From contig JADYXZ010000020.1 in NCBI GenBank assembly GCA_020853885.1, positions 378,707 to 442,706 of the forward strand: 64,000 bases of DNA, read 5' to 3'. Source of the stretch: Bradyrhizobiaceae bacterium (lineage in GTDB: Bacteria; Pseudomonadota; Alphaproteobacteria; Rhizobiales; Xanthobacteraceae). Position numbers and translations under genes: made by a program. Below are positions 12,936 to 22,991 of this stretch, piece by piece. Position 1 is the stretch's first letter; every line of letters starts with the position of its first letter. The notes below the pieces were generated by a model. It worked only from the letters and a program-made list of their open reading frames with translations. It had not been told where the DNA came from and did no database searches.

Positions 12936-14273
12936 TCAGTTCGGAACCGGCACCTTCGGATTCGGCGGGAAGGCCGAGTGCTTTTGCGTGCCGCGCAGGA
13001 GGTCGAGCGCAAGATGCAGCTGCTTGTCGTCCTTCGCGTCCGGCGGGACATAGGCGGGCGAGCCGCCCTTCTCCTCCTCCTTGTCGCCGGCCGACAGGTG
13101 GCCGCGCAGGGAGGATTCGCCGCGGGTCTCGATCTTGCCCTTCAGCTCTTCCGGCAGGTCCTGGATCAGCTCGATGTCGGGGGCGATGCCCTTGGCCTGA
13201 ATCGAGCGGCCGGATGGCGTGTAGTAGCGCGCGGTGGTGAGCTTGAGCGCGCCGAAGGAGCTCACCGGAATCACCGTCTGCACCGAGCCCTTGCCGAACG
13301 AACGGCTGCCGAGCAGCGTCGCGCGCTTGTGGTCCTGCAGGGCGCCGGCGACGATCTCCGAGGCCGAGGCCGAGCCGCCGTTGATCAGGACGATCAGCGG
13401 CTTGCCGCTGGTCAGGTCGCCGGTGCGGGCGTTGAAGCGCTGCGTGTCGTCGGGGTTGCGGCCGCGCGTCGAGACGATCTCGCCGCGCTCGAGGAAGGCG
13501 TCGGTCACCGAGATCGCCTGATCGAGCAGGCCGCCGCCGTTGTTGCGCAGGTCGACGACGTAGCCCTTGAGCTTGTCGGCGGGGATCTGCTTGTTGAGAT
13601 CGGCGATGCCGGTGCGCAACTGCTCGATCGTGCGCTCGCCCTGGAAGCTCGTGATGCGGACATAGGCGATGTCGTCGCCTTCGACGCGGGTGCGCACGTT
13701 GCGGATCGAGATGATCTCGCGGACGATCGTCACCTCGACCGGCTTCTCGATGCCCTTGCGGTCGATCCGCAGGCGGATCGAGGAGTTCACCGGTCCGCGC
13801 ATCTTGTCGACCGCCTGTTCGAGGGTGAGGCCTTTGACCGGCTCGTCGTCGAGATGGGTGATGAGATCGTTCGGCTGGATGCCGGCGCGGTGCGCCGGCG
13901 TGCCGTCCATCGGCGACACGACCTTGACGAGGCCGTTCTCCATGGTGACCTCGATGCCGAGCCCGCCGAACTCGCCGCGGGTCTGGGTCTGCATGTCGCG
14001 GAAATTCTTGATGTCGAGGAAGGCCGAGTGCGGATCGAGCGACTGCAGCATGCCGTTGACGGCCGCTTCGATCATCTTCGCTTCGTCGGGCTTCTCGACG
14101 TACTGCGCGCGGACGTGCTCGAACACGTCGCCGAACAGGTTGAGCTGGCGATAGACGTCGGAGCTTGCCGCATTCGCCGTCGCATTGATCAGCATGCGAG
14201 GCTGGATGGCGACGACGGCGACGAGTGCGCCGGCTGCCACGCCCAACAGAAACAACGAGGTTCTCTTCATCAT
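12936..14273 (-). CDS. ctpA: Carboxy-terminal processing protease (S41)
   Basis: PDZ plus S41 core, with GGLLDQAI and INGGSASASEIVAGALQDHKRA. Start ATG 14273 overlaps the envC-like stop (ATGA). Confidence 0.92.
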   Translation of the reverse strand: MMKRTSLFLLGVAAGALVAVVAIQPRMLINATANAASSDVYRQLNLFGDVFEHVRAQYVEKPDEAKMIEAAVNGMLQSLDPHSAFLDIKNFRDMQTQTRGEFGGLGIEVTMENGLVKVVSPMDGTPAHRAGIQPNDLITHLDDEPVKGLTLEQAVDKMRGPVNSSIRLRIDRKGIEKPVEVTIVREIISIRNVRTRVEGDDIAYVRITSFQGERTIEQLRTGIADLNKQIPADKLKGYVVDLRNNGGGLLDQAISVTDAFLERGEIVSTRGRNPDDTQRFNARTGDLTSGKPLIVLINGGSASASEIVAGALQDHKRATLLGSRSFGKGSVQTVIPVSSFGALKLTTARYYTPSGRSIQAKGIAPDIELIQDLPEELKGKIETRGESSLRGHLSAGDKEEEKGGSPAYVPPDAKDDKQLHLALDLLRGTQKHSAFPPNPKVPVPN

Positions 14274-15676
14274 CCGCGCGCCTTTTCGCTGTCGGTTTCG
14301 GCCCACCAGGGCGTTGGATCGATCGGGTTCCCGTCCTTGCGGAACTCGATATAAAGCGTGGGTTTCGAAGCACTTACCTCCGCGTCGGAGGCCGCCTTCG
14401 GTCCGCTTCCCATCACCGCCACGGGTTCTCCGGTGAGCACGAACTGCCCGAGTTCTACCGTGATCCGTTCCATGCCCGCCAATAAAATATGATATCCGCC
14501 GCCGCCATTGATGATCAATAGCCGGCCATAGGAGCGGAACAATCCTGCGTAAACGACCCAGCCGTCGCAGGGTGCGGTGACCTGCGCGCCGGCGCGGGTC
14601 GCGACCTGAACGCCCTTCTCGCTGCCGCCGGCGCCGTCCGGGGCGCCGAAGTCACGAATGCGTGTTCCCGTGACGGGCAGCGGCAACTGGCCCTTGGCCT
14701 GCGCGAAGGCGATGGCGGGCGTGATCCGCGCGGGGTCGCTGATGGCGGCGACCGTCTTTTTGGCTTCCGCCTCGCGGCGCGCGGCTTCGGCGGCCTTGGC
14801 CGCGCTCTCGATCTCTTTCTCCATGCGCGCGACGAGTTCCGAGACGGTTTCGACCTGCCGGGCGAGCGCTTGCGAGCGTGTGCGCTCGGCGTCGAGCGAT
14901 TTCTCGGTGTCGGACTGCCGGCGCTGGCGCTCTTCGACCAGCGCGGTCAGGCGCGTGCGTTCGAGATCGAGGCCGGCGCGGTCCTCGGCAAGGGCGGCCC
15001 GTTCGGTCATGATCTCCCGGCGCACGCGCGCAAGTTCGGTCAGATCGGCAACGAGCGTCTCCGCTTCGGCGCGGAGCTCGGGAACCACCGCGCCGAGCAG
15101 CATCGCCGAACGGATCGAAGCGAGCGCGTCGTCCGGCTTCAGGACGATCGCCGGCGCCGGCTGCCGCGACAGCCGCGCGACGGCGGCCAGCACTTCGGCA
15201 AGCACGGCGCGGCGCGATTCCAGCGAAGTGCGGATGCTTTTCTCGCGCGCGTCGAGCGGCGGGATGCGCGCTTCGGCGGCGCTCAGGCGGCCTTCGATCG
15301 CCTTGGTGCGGGCGGCGGCATCGACCAGCGTCTGCGAAAGCTTCTTTCGGTCGTTCTTGAGGATCTCGAGCTCGGCCTTGAGCTTGGCTTCAGCCGCCTT
15401 GCGGCGCTCAAGGTCGCTGCGAAGGATTTCCAGCTCGCGCTGGCGTTCCGCCTTCTCGACCTCACGGGCGCTTTGCGGCGGCTCCTGTGCGTGCAGGACC
15501 GCCGGTGCAAACGGCGTCAGGGCGACGGCCAAAGCCAGCGCGCCGCCCCGGCCGATTCTGGCCGGGTGGAATCCGCGTGCTGCGCGGCGGATTGTGGTCT
15601 CAGGCGCGGTGATAGGGGTGTCCCGACAGGATGGTGATGGCGCGGTAAATCTGTTCAGCCAGCAAAATGCGGACAA
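14270..15676 (-). CDS. Murein hydrolase activator EnvC-like / M23 (LytM) peptidase family protein with long coiled coil
   Basis: Coiled-coil-rich middle and a C-terminal LytM-like region GWVVYAGLFRSYGRLLIINGGGGYHILLAGM. The start is uncertain: TTG 15676 overlaps rlmH by 77 nt. Confidence 0.82.
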   Translation of the reverse strand: MSAFCWLNRFTAPSPSCRDTPITAPETTIRRAARGFHPARIGRGGALALAVALTPFAPAVLHAQEPPQSAREVEKAERQRELEILRSDLERRKAAEAKLKAELEILKNDRKKLSQTLVDAAARTKAIEGRLSAAEARIPPLDAREKSIRTSLESRRAVLAEVLAAVARLSRQPAPAIVLKPDDALASIRSAMLLGAVVPELRAEAETLVADLTELARVRREIMTERAALAEDRAGLDLERTRLTALVEERQRRQSDTEKSLDAERTRSQALARQVETVSELVARMEKEIESAAKAAEAARREAEAKKTVAAISDPARITPAIAFAQAKGQLPLPVTGTRIRDFGAPDGAGGSEKGVQVATRAGAQVTAPCDGWVVYAGLFRSYGRLLIINGGGGYHILLAGMERITVELGQFVLTGEPVAVMGSGPKAASDAEVSASKPTLYIEFRKDGNPIDPTPWWAETDSEKARG

Positions 15677-16082
15677 TCTGGTGCGGAAACGTGGCGGCCC
15701 CGTACGAAATTGTGAGATCCGCGCCGCTCTGGATGGAACTGGTTAACCCGTCGGCCCCGCCGATCAGGAATGCGGCGGCCGGCGTGCCCTGGTCGCGGAA
15801 GGCGGCGAGGCGGTTCGCAAACTCCTGGCTGGCGAGGTTCCGGCCGCGCGAATCGAGGACGATCCGCCGTGTGCCTTTGGGAACGGAGGCTTCGAGCTTG
15901 GCGGTTTCTTCCGCCACCCGGTCGCCGGGCCGGCGGGCGGCGCTTTCGGGAATTTCCACGATTTCCAGCGGCGCCAGGCTCACCGCCCGGCCCGCCGCAT
16001 TGGCGCGCTCGACGTAGCGGTCGAGCAACTCGCGTTCGGGGCCGGCCTTCAGCCGGCCGACCGCCGCGATCAGCAGCCGCAT
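15600..16082 (-). CDS. rlmH: 23S rRNA (pseudouridine1915-N3)-methyltransferase
   Basis: 160 aa SPOUT protein, with FLIGGADGL and FPHQIVRILLAEQIYRA. Confidence 0.93.
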   Translation of the reverse strand: MRLLIAAVGRLKAGPERELLDRYVERANAAGRAVSLAPLEIVEIPESAARRPGDRVAEETAKLEASVPKGTRRIVLDSRGRNLASQEFANRLAAFRDQGTPAAAFLIGGADGLTSSIQSGADLTISYGAATFPHQIVRILLAEQIYRAITILSGHPYHRA

Positions 16083-16098
16083 GTTCCCCTTCGACCGG

Positions 16099-16611
16099 TC
16101 AGTCCGCGATCGGCCGGGCGCGCGCCCACATCTTCTCGAGATTGTAGAAGGCGCGCACTTCCGGCCGGAATACGTGGACGATCACGTCGCCGGCGTCGAT
16201 GACGACCCAGTCGCAGTGCGGCACACCTTCCGCCCGGATGCCGGAGATGCCGGCATCGTCGAGCGCCTCGATCAACCGTTCGGAGATCGCCGCGACATGG
16301 CGATTCGATCCGCCGGAGGCGATCACCATGTGATCCGCCAGCGTGGACTTCCCTTTGAGGTCGATCGTGGTGGTGTCTGCCGCCTTGCTGTCGTCGAGGC
16401 GGGCGAGGATCAGGGCGAGCGTTTCGTCGGGGCTTGGACGTCCCCGGGAAACGGGGGCGGGCCGCTTGCGGGCCGCTACGTTCAACGTGGGTGACAGGGC
16501 TTCTAGCCTCTCGTGCTGGTTACGCCTGGACGTTCGCGACTCAGCAGCGCCGCGGCGTCCCGTGAAGGATATCGGCTTGCGCTTAATGGATTCAACCCTC
16601 GGCGGGGGCAT
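16099..16611 (-). CDS. rsfS: Ribosome silencing factor RsfS (N-terminal extension or start uncertain)
   Basis: The core reads DLKGKSTLADHMVIASGGSNRHVAAI...DWVVIDAGDVIVHVFRPEVRAFYNLEKMW. ATG 16611 overlaps the nadD end by 20 nt. Confidence 0.85.
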   Translation of the reverse strand: MPPPRVESIKRKPISFTGRRGAAESRTSRRNQHERLEALSPTLNVAARKRPAPVSRGRPSPDETLALILARLDDSKAADTTTIDLKGKSTLADHMVIASGGSNRHVAAISERLIEALDDAGISGIRAEGVPHCDWVVIDAGDVIVHVFRPEVRAFYNLEKMWARARPIAD

Positions 16612-17200
16612 GGGTTGCCGAAAGTCTTAATGCGGTCGAAGACTGCGGCGACTTCAGGCCGTGCAGGAAGACCCAGGCCGGCGGCTTTTGCAGCGGCAGG
16701 ACGGCGGCGTTGCGCTCCGGAATGCGGGCGGCGGCGAGCGTCCGGGCGGCGGGCGAGGCGGCGGCCTTCGCCGTCCAGCCGCCGCGGTCGATCACCGCGA
16801 TGGGAATGAGGCCGGCGAGCTCGCGCCAGCGTTTCCAGCGATGGAACTCGGCGAGGATGTCCGCGCCGATCACCAACACGAAGCGCACCGAAGGAAAGCA
16901 TGCCTTGATTTGCGACACGGTGTCATAGGTGAATCGCGTGCCGATCATAGCTTCGATTCCTGTCACTTGGATGAAAGGGCTCGCCGCGACCTCCCGGGCG
17001 CTGGCGATGCGCGCTTCCAGCGGCGGCAGGCCGCGCGTGTCCTTCAGGGGATTGCCGGGGCTCACCAGCCACCAGACCCGGTCGAGGCCGAGCCGCTTGC
17101 AGGCAAGGAGCGAGGCCGCGCGGTGGGCGTCGTGGGCCGGATTGAAGCTGCCGCCGAACAGCCCGATGCGCATGCCGGGCGACGCGAGCGGAAATCTCAC
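16592..17200 (-). CDS. nadD: Nicotinate-nucleotide adenylyltransferase
   Basis: Has [14 protein letters not shown] (the H/TxGH motif). GTG 17200 overlaps the proA stop (GTGA); the alternative ATG is at 17173. Confidence 0.9.
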   Translation of the reverse strand: MRFPLASPGMRIGLFGGSFNPAHDAHRAASLLACKRLGLDRVWWLVSPGNPLKDTRGLPPLEARIASAREVAASPFIQVTGIEAMIGTRFTYDTVSQIKACFPSVRFVLVIGADILAEFHRWKRWRELAGLIPIAVIDRGGWTAKAAASPAARTLAAARIPERNAAVLPLQKPPAWVFLHGLKSPQSSTALRLSATHAPAEG

Positions 17201-18495
17201 GGCCTGATCTGTCCCGACCCGCGCACGCGGTACTTGAACGAGGTGAGCTGCTCGACGCCGACGGGGCCGCGCGCGTGCAGGCGGCCGGTGGCGATGCCGA
17301 TCTCGGCGCCGAAGCCGAACTCGCCGCCGTCGGCGAACTGCGTCGAGGCGTTGTGCAGGACGATGGCGGAATCCACTTCGTGCAGGAATTTCTCGGCGGC
17401 CGCCGTGTCGTCGGTGACGATCGAGTCGGTGTGGTGCGTGCCGTAACGCTCGATGTGGTCGATCGCGGCCTCTACGCCGTCGACGACCTTCACCGAAAGG
17501 ATGGCGTCGAGATACTCGGTGGACCAGTCCTGCTCCGTCGCCGGCACGACGCGCCTGTCGGCGGCGCGCGTCGGCTCGTCGCCGCGGATCTCGCAGCCAG
17601 CGTCGATCAGCATCTCGACGAGCGGCTGCAAGTGCGTCGAAGCCGCCGCGCGATCGACGAGCAGCGTCTCGGCTGCGCCGCAGACGCCGGGGCGGCGCAT
17701 CTTGGCGTTCAGCACGATCTTCTTCGCGGCGTCGAGATCGGCCGGCGCATGCACATAGACGTGGCAGATGCCTTCGAGGTGCGCGAACACGGGCACGCGC
17801 GCCTCGGCCTCGACGCGGCCGACCAGCGCCTTGCCGCCGCGCGGCACCACGACGTCGATCATGCCGCCGAGACCGGAGAGCAATTCGCCGACGGCGGCGC
17901 GGTCGCGCGTCGGCACGAGCTGGATCGCGTCGGCGGGCAGGCCCTCGCTTTCGAGGCCCTTGACGAGCGCACGGTGGATCGCGCGCGAGGAATGGAAGCT
18001 TTCGGAGCCCCCGCGCAGGATCACGGCGTTGCCCGCCTTGACGCAGAGCGCGCCGGCGTCGGCGGTGACGTTGGGGCGGCTCTCGTAGATCACGGCGATG
18101 ACGCCCAAGGGCGTGCGCACGCGCTCGATCTTCAGGCCGTTCGGACGCTCCCAGGAGGCGATCACCGTTCCGACCGGATCGGGGAGCGCGGCGACAACAT
18201 CCACGCCTTCGGCCATCGCCTCGACGCGCTTGGCATCGAGCGACAGCCGGTCGCGGAACGCGGGCGTGAGCTTCTCCTTGTCGGCGGATGCAAGATCCTC
18301 CGCGTTCGCCTGCAGGATCGCCGAGGCGCTGTCGCGGATCGCTTGCGCCGCCGCCCTGAGCGCGGCGGTCTTCTTCGCCGGATCGGCGAGCGCGAGCCTG
18401 CGCTCGGCCGCGCGGGCGCGGCGGCCCATCTCGCGCATCAACGCGGCCACGTCGCCGTTCGCTTCGACCTTCTCCAGCTTGGCGCTCATGCTCAT
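17197..18495 (-). CDS. proA: Gamma-glutamyl phosphate reductase
   Basis: 432 aa of the aldehyde dehydrogenase-like ProA family. Its start overlaps the proB stop by 4 nt. Confidence 0.95.
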   Translation of the reverse strand: MSMSAKLEKVEANGDVAALMREMGRRARAAERRLALADPAKKTAALRAAAQAIRDSASAILQANAEDLASADKEKLTPAFRDRLSLDAKRVEAMAEGVDVVAALPDPVGTVIASWERPNGLKIERVRTPLGVIAVIYESRPNVTADAGALCVKAGNAVILRGGSESFHSSRAIHRALVKGLESEGLPADAIQLVPTRDRAAVGELLSGLGGMIDVVVPRGGKALVGRVEAEARVPVFAHLEGICHVYVHAPADLDAAKKIVLNAKMRRPGVCGAAETLLVDRAAASTHLQPLVEMLIDAGCEIRGDEPTRAADRRVVPATEQDWSTEYLDAILSVKVVDGVEAAIDHIERYGTHHTDSIVTDDTAAAEKFLHEVDSAIVLHNASTQFADGGEFGFGAEIGIATGRLHARGPVGVEQLTSFKYRVRGSGQIRP

Positions 18496-19622
18496 TCTCC
18501 CGCGATCACGAGGTCGTCGCGGTGAACCATCTCGCTGCGGCCACGATAGCCCAGAATCGTCTCGATCCGCTCGCTGTTCTGGCCGACCAGCCGCTCGGCG
18601 TCCTCTTTATCATAGGCGACGAGGCCGCGGCCGACCTCGGCCCCTTCGGGGCCGCGGATCAGCACGGCGTCACCTCTGGCAAACGTGCCTTCGACGCGGA
18701 CGACACCCGCAGGCAGGAGGCTCTTGCCGCGGCGAAGGGCGGCGACCGCGCCCGCGTCCACGTGGATCGCGCCCTTGGGCTCGAGGCTGCCGCCGATCCA
18801 TTTCTTGCGCGCGGTGATGGGATTGGCCGCGGTGAGAAACCAGGTGCAGGGTCCGCCTTCGGCAATCGCGCGGAGCGGATGCAGCTTGTGGCCGGCCGCG
18901 ATCACCATGTGCACGCCGGCGGCCGTGGCGATCTTCGCGGCTTCGATCTTGGTGCGCATGCCGCCGCGGGAAAGCTCGGAGCCGGCCGCACCCGCCATTC
19001 GTTCGATCTCGGCGGTGACGCGGGGCACGACGGGAACGAGCTTCGCATCCCTGTTCTCGTTCGGCGGGGCGTCATAGAGGCCGTCGACATCGGAGAGCAG
19101 CACGAGGAGATCGGCGCTCATCATCGTCGCAACGCGGGCGCCGAGGCGGTCGTTGTCGCCGTAGCGGATTTCCGTCGTGGCGACGGTGTCGTTCTCGTTG
19201 ATGATGGGAACGGCGCGAAGCTCGAGCAGCTTTGCGATCGTCGAGCGCGCGTTGAGATAGCGGCGGCGCTCTTCGGTGTCGCCCAGCGTCAGCAGCACCT
19301 GCGCGCCGGTGAGGCCGTGCCTCGCCAGCGCATCGAACCACACGCGGGCGAGCGCGATCTGGCCGACGGCGGCCGCGGCCTGGCTCTCCTCGAGCTTCAG
19401 CGCGCCGCGGGCGAGCTTCAGCACGTTGCGGCCCATGGCGATCGCGCCGGACGACACGACCAGGAGCTCGTCGCCGGCCTTCGCCCGCTCCGCGACGTCG
19501 TCCACCAGCGCATCGAGCCATTCGCGGCGCAGCACGCCCTTGGCGGAGTCGACGAGGAGCGACGATCCCACCTTGACGACGATGCGCCGGAAATCGGCGA
19601 GTTTGGGCGTTTGCGCGGACAT
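18492..19622 (-). CDS. proB: Glutamate 5-kinase (with PUA domain)
   Basis: [13 protein letters not shown] amino-acid kinase N-terminus and a PUA-like C-terminus. The start is taken at ATG 19622 (MSAQTPKL); the track ORF extends to 19748. Confidence 0.92.
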   Translation of the reverse strand: MSAQTPKLADFRRIVVKVGSSLLVDSAKGVLRREWLDALVDDVAERAKAGDELLVVSSGAIAMGRNVLKLARGALKLEESQAAAAVGQIALARVWFDALARHGLTGAQVLLTLGDTEERRRYLNARSTIAKLLELRAVPIINENDTVATTEIRYGDNDRLGARVATMMSADLLVLLSDVDGLYDAPPNENRDAKLVPVVPRVTAEIERMAGAAGSELSRGGMRTKIEAAKIATAAGVHMVIAAGHKLHPLRAIAEGGPCTWFLTAANPITARKKWIGGSLEPKGAIHVDAGAVAALRRGKSLLPAGVVRVEGTFARGDAVLIRGPEGAEVGRGLVAYDKEDAERLVGQNSERIETILGYRGRSEMVHRDDLVIAGE

Positions 19623-19676
19623 AAGGGCAGGAGGGATAGGCGGGATTTGGCGCGGAGCCAAGCCACCCCCGTTAAC

Positions 19677-19838
19677 CGTCACCCTGAGGTGCGAGCCGCA
19701 CCGATCTCGGGTAACCCCGATCGGAGTTAAACGGGCGCAAGTCGGCAACAGCCGACTTGCGTGCGGCGAGCCTCGAAGGGTGAACGGCCCGCGCCGTCAT
19801 CCTTCGAGGGCCGCTTCGCGGCCACCTCAGGATGACGG
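19677..19838. repeat. REP cluster of the gtcaYCC-tgaggtg ... cctcgaa-GGRtgac family (one interrupted unit plus one inverted unit)
   Basis: The interrupted unit is gtcaccctgaggtgcgagc (19678-) ... gagcctcgaagggtgaac. The inverted unit is gtcatccttcgagg...cacctcaggatgac (19797-19836). The same family occurs at 47692-47812. Confidence 0.75.
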
Positions 19839-19860
19839 TTATTCTTTCGGGCCGGGCTAC

Positions 19861-21633
19861 TTAAACCCCGTGGCTCTGCAGCCAGGCTTCGAGCGCGGCC
19901 ACCTGCCAGAGCTTGGAATTGCCCTTGGGCGTCAGGTGCGCCTCGGGCGCGGCGAGCAGCCGGTCCACGTAGTCCTGGCGGAAGACGCCGCGCCCGCGCG
20001 CCTTGCTGCTCTCCAGCATGCCGCGCACGAAGTCGAGATAGGGCCCGCGCAGGTATTTGAGGGCAGGGACCGGGAAGTAGCCCTTCGGCCGGTCGATCAC
20101 CTCAACGGGGACGACCTTGCGGGCGGCTTCCTTCAGGATGTGCTTGCCGCCGTGCTTCACCTTCAGGTCCGCGGGCACGCGGGCGGCCAGTTCGACCAGC
20201 TCGTGATCGAGGAAGGGGACGCGCGCTTCCAACCCGTGCGCCATGGTCATGTTGTCGACGCGCTTCACCGGGTCGTCGACCATCATGATCTTCTGGTCGA
20301 GCTCGAGCGTCTTGTCGATCGCCTTTGTCGCGGCCGATTGCTCAAAGAAGGTATCCACCAGTTCGCGGCTCGCGTCGCCGTTCATGAGCTCCGGCGCGAC
20401 GACTTCGGCCATCTCTTCGTGGCCGCGGTCGAAATAGACCTCGGCATACTGGCCGGCGGGATCGTTGGTGCGCAGCATTGCCGGATACCAGTGATAGCCG
20501 CCGAACACCTCGTCGGCGCCCTGGCCGCTCTGTGCGACCTTCACGTGCTTCGAAACCTCTTCCGAAAGTAGATAGAAGGCGACCGTGTCGTGGCTGACCA
20601 TGGGCTCGCTCATGGCTTCGATCGCTTTCGGCAGCGCGTCGAGCATGCGCGAGGCATCGATGTGGATCTGCTGGTGGTCGGTGCCGAAACGTCTGGCGAC
20701 GATGTCGGAATATTTGAATTCGTCGCCTGCGACGCCGCCGACGCTATCAAAGCCGATGGAAAAGGTTTTCAGGTCCTTGTGCCCGCGCTCGGCAAGGAGC
20801 GCCACGATCAGCGAGGAGTCGAGCCCGCCGGAGAGCAAGACGCCCACCGGCACGTCGGCGATGCGGCGGCGTTCGACCGCCGCGCGCATGGCGTCGAGTA
20901 CGGCGTCGCGCCAGTCGTCCTCGCTCATGCCGCGGTCCTCGCGGCGCGGGCCGATGGAAACGTCCCAGTAGGTCTGTTCGTTGCGGCGGCCGTCGGGCTC
21001 GATCGTTAGGATCGTCGCGGGCGGCAGCTTCTGCACGCCCTTGAGGATCGTCCGCGGCGCGGGGACCACGGCGTGCAGCGAGAGATAGTTGTGCAGCCCG
21101 GCCGGATCGATGCGCGTGTCCACGCCGCCGCCGGCCAAGAGCGCGGGCAAGGTGGATGCGAAGCGCAGGCCGCCCGGCACTTCGGCGAGATAGAGCGGCT
21201 TGATGCCGAGCCGGTCGCGCACGAGGAAGACGCGGCGCGTGTCGCGCTCCCAGACGGCAAAGGCGAACATGCCGCGGAAGCGCTCGACGCAGCGCGGCCC
21301 CCAGGCGTGCCACGCCTTGAGGATCACCTCGGTGTCGCCGCCGGAGAAGAAGCGATAGCCCTTGGCGCGCAGTTCGCGCTGCAATTCGCGGAAATTGTAG
21401 ATGCAGCCGTTGAAGGCGAGCACGAGGCCGAGCTCGGGGTCGCTCATGGGCTGCTGCGCGGCGGGGCTGAGATCGAGGATGCTCAGGCGCCGGTGCGCGA
21501 GCGCGACGTTGGACTGGGAGAAGAAGCCGCCGGCGTCGGGGCCGCGCGGCTCCATTTGCTCGGCCATCTTCTGGTGCGTTGCGAGGTCCGGATGGCCGCT
21601 GTCGAATCGGACTTCGCCGCTTAGGCCACACAT
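19861..21633 (-). CDS. Glutamine-hydrolysing asparagine synthase family amidotransferase (AsnB/AsnO-type)
   Basis: 590 aa. Has an N-terminal nucleophile Cys (MCGLSGE), an Ntn GATase domain, and the PP-loop LLSGGLDSS. Confidence 0.9.
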   Translation of the reverse strand: MCGLSGEVRFDSGHPDLATHQKMAEQMEPRGPDAGGFFSQSNVALAHRRLSILDLSPAAQQPMSDPELGLVLAFNGCIYNFRELQRELRAKGYRFFSGGDTEVILKAWHAWGPRCVERFRGMFAFAVWERDTRRVFLVRDRLGIKPLYLAEVPGGLRFASTLPALLAGGGVDTRIDPAGLHNYLSLHAVVPAPRTILKGVQKLPPATILTIEPDGRRNEQTYWDVSIGPRREDRGMSEDDWRDAVLDAMRAAVERRRIADVPVGVLLSGGLDSSLIVALLAERGHKDLKTFSIGFDSVGGVAGDEFKYSDIVARRFGTDHQQIHIDASRMLDALPKAIEAMSEPMVSHDTVAFYLLSEEVSKHVKVAQSGQGADEVFGGYHWYPAMLRTNDPAGQYAEVYFDRGHEEMAEVVAPELMNGDASRELVDTFFEQSAATKAIDKTLELDQKIMMVDDPVKRVDNMTMAHGLEARVPFLDHELVELAARVPADLKVKHGGKHILKEAARKVVPVEVIDRPKGYFPVPALKYLRGPYLDFVRGMLESSKARGRGVFRQDYVDRLLAAPEAHLTPKGNSKLWQVAALEAWLQSHGV

Positions 21634-21885
21634 GATTGAGACGCGAGGGAACCCAACGATGGATTCCGCGCGGGGTCATTTCCTTTCGTGTTTCGCTCCG
21701 ATCGCGGAACGATCGATGCAACGGGCGCAACATCGTTCTCGGTGAATTTCAGCGAATGCCCGTTTATACAAAAATATAGTGAGTGAATGTGGCGAGGATG
21801 CGCTCTGACTCAGCGTCAACGAAGTGGTGAAGGATAGGACGATTATCCTGCTTCAGGCCCCCTCAGTTACTTTGATGGACTTTGC

Positions 21886-22911
21886 TCATACGTTGCGAGC
21901 GCCGAGCAGCCCATCGTGAATGTATTTTGGATCGAATTCATCTATTGCCGTCATAGGGTCGATCGGATCCCCCCACAATCTCCGTCTCTCGACTTCCGGC
22001 AGGGACCAAAATGCGCCGAGGGAGGTAGTATTCGCGAAATGCCGCCAGAGTTCTGGGTTCTCAATAATCCGGCTGAGAGATGTACGAGCAATATGCTCGA
22101 CGATGGCCTCTTTCTTTAGAAGATCCAATCTCACCTCGCGATCGAAGTTTTCCAAATATCTATTTTCGTGCAAGTGCTCGACCGCGCTCCGCACATCATA
22201 AATCTCGGCCATCAAATCGTGATGTCGAGGGCCGATGAACACTTCACTTCGGCTCTTGAAGTGTCGCTTCGTCTCACCACGACTTGGCAAGATGAGTCCA
22301 TCGATGCACCGGGAATATTGGTGGAGCCTTTCAAGAATATCAGGCGTGGTGCGTGTTTCCTGATAAAGGTGGAGCACGCGGAAAAAGCGCCAAGTGCCGT
22401 TCGGTATTGGCGCATCACCAAACATTTTGATCTTGCCCGCGATCCGCGCGCCGGTCGCCAAATCCTTTGCGGTTAGTGCCGGATAGGGTCTGAATGCGCA
22501 GGGTACCGGGATTTCAAAGTCGCCTTGCTGTCGAAAGTCTATTTCGCCCTTGTGCCGCGAACCAGTGAGAACGACAGGTCTATGCGCGGGGGCAAATGTA
22601 CTCGCGAGCAATAGGCCTGCATAAAAGAGGGAGACGAGGCGCTGAAGCAATTGGTTCTCACTGTCGAGAACGTCAGGTCGCTCTGATTTTATTTTGCTGA
22701 GTAAGAAAAGATTTGCTGCTTCCACCTCTTCAGTGCGTATCGTTCCAAGCCATTCCCTCCAATGTGATGGCACCTGAAAATGTGGTTCACTCACAACCCA
22801 TAGGCTGGGTGCAATTAATCCGTTTGGGAGATTATTCTCGACCTTCACGTCTAGACCGACAAAGGCGTACTTCTCACCTTCGGCAATCCAATCTACTCGC
22901 TCTCTAGCCAC
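21886..22911 (-). CDS. Hypothetical protein, 341 aa, AT-richer gene; C-terminal helical region with Rx4H (HEPN-like) motif
   Basis: This is the only long ORF in a region of visibly lower G+C. I recognise no family. The motif YDVRSAVEHLHENRY lies at residues 239-252. Confidence 0.7.
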   Translation of the reverse strand: MARERVDWIAEGEKYAFVGLDVKVENNLPNGLIAPSLWVVSEPHFQVPSHWREWLGTIRTEEVEAANLFLLSKIKSERPDVLDSENQLLQRLVSLFYAGLLLASTFAPAHRPVVLTGSRHKGEIDFRQQGDFEIPVPCAFRPYPALTAKDLATGARIAGKIKMFGDAPIPNGTWRFFRVLHLYQETRTTPDILERLHQYSRCIDGLILPSRGETKRHFKSRSEVFIGPRHHDLMAEIYDVRSAVEHLHENRYLENFDREVRLDLLKKEAIVEHIARTSLSRIIENPELWRHFANTTSLGAFWSLPEVERRRLWGDPIDPMTAIDEFDPKYIHDGLLGARNV

Positions 22912-22942
22912 TATTTTCTCCCGATCGTTATGAATCTGCCCG

Positions 22943-22948
22943 TATAAT
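22943..22948 (+). promoter_or_regulatory. TATAAT hexamer (possible -10) in the 80-bp divergent spacer of the islet
   Basis: The exact TATAAT lies 44 nt upstream of ATG 22992. No -35 element was evaluated. Confidence 0.25.
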
Positions 22949-22991
22949 TGCAGGGACGCCGTACATTGGTCTGTAAAACAACGGACAAGGT

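Noticed and set aside
12328-14373. A 681-aa minus-strand ORF and a 610-aa plus-strand ORF (12522-14354) overlapping ctpA and the yibQ-like gene.
   Set aside because: These are alternative frames of the well-supported S41 protease and deacetylase-family genes. Their products are Arg/Pro-rich.
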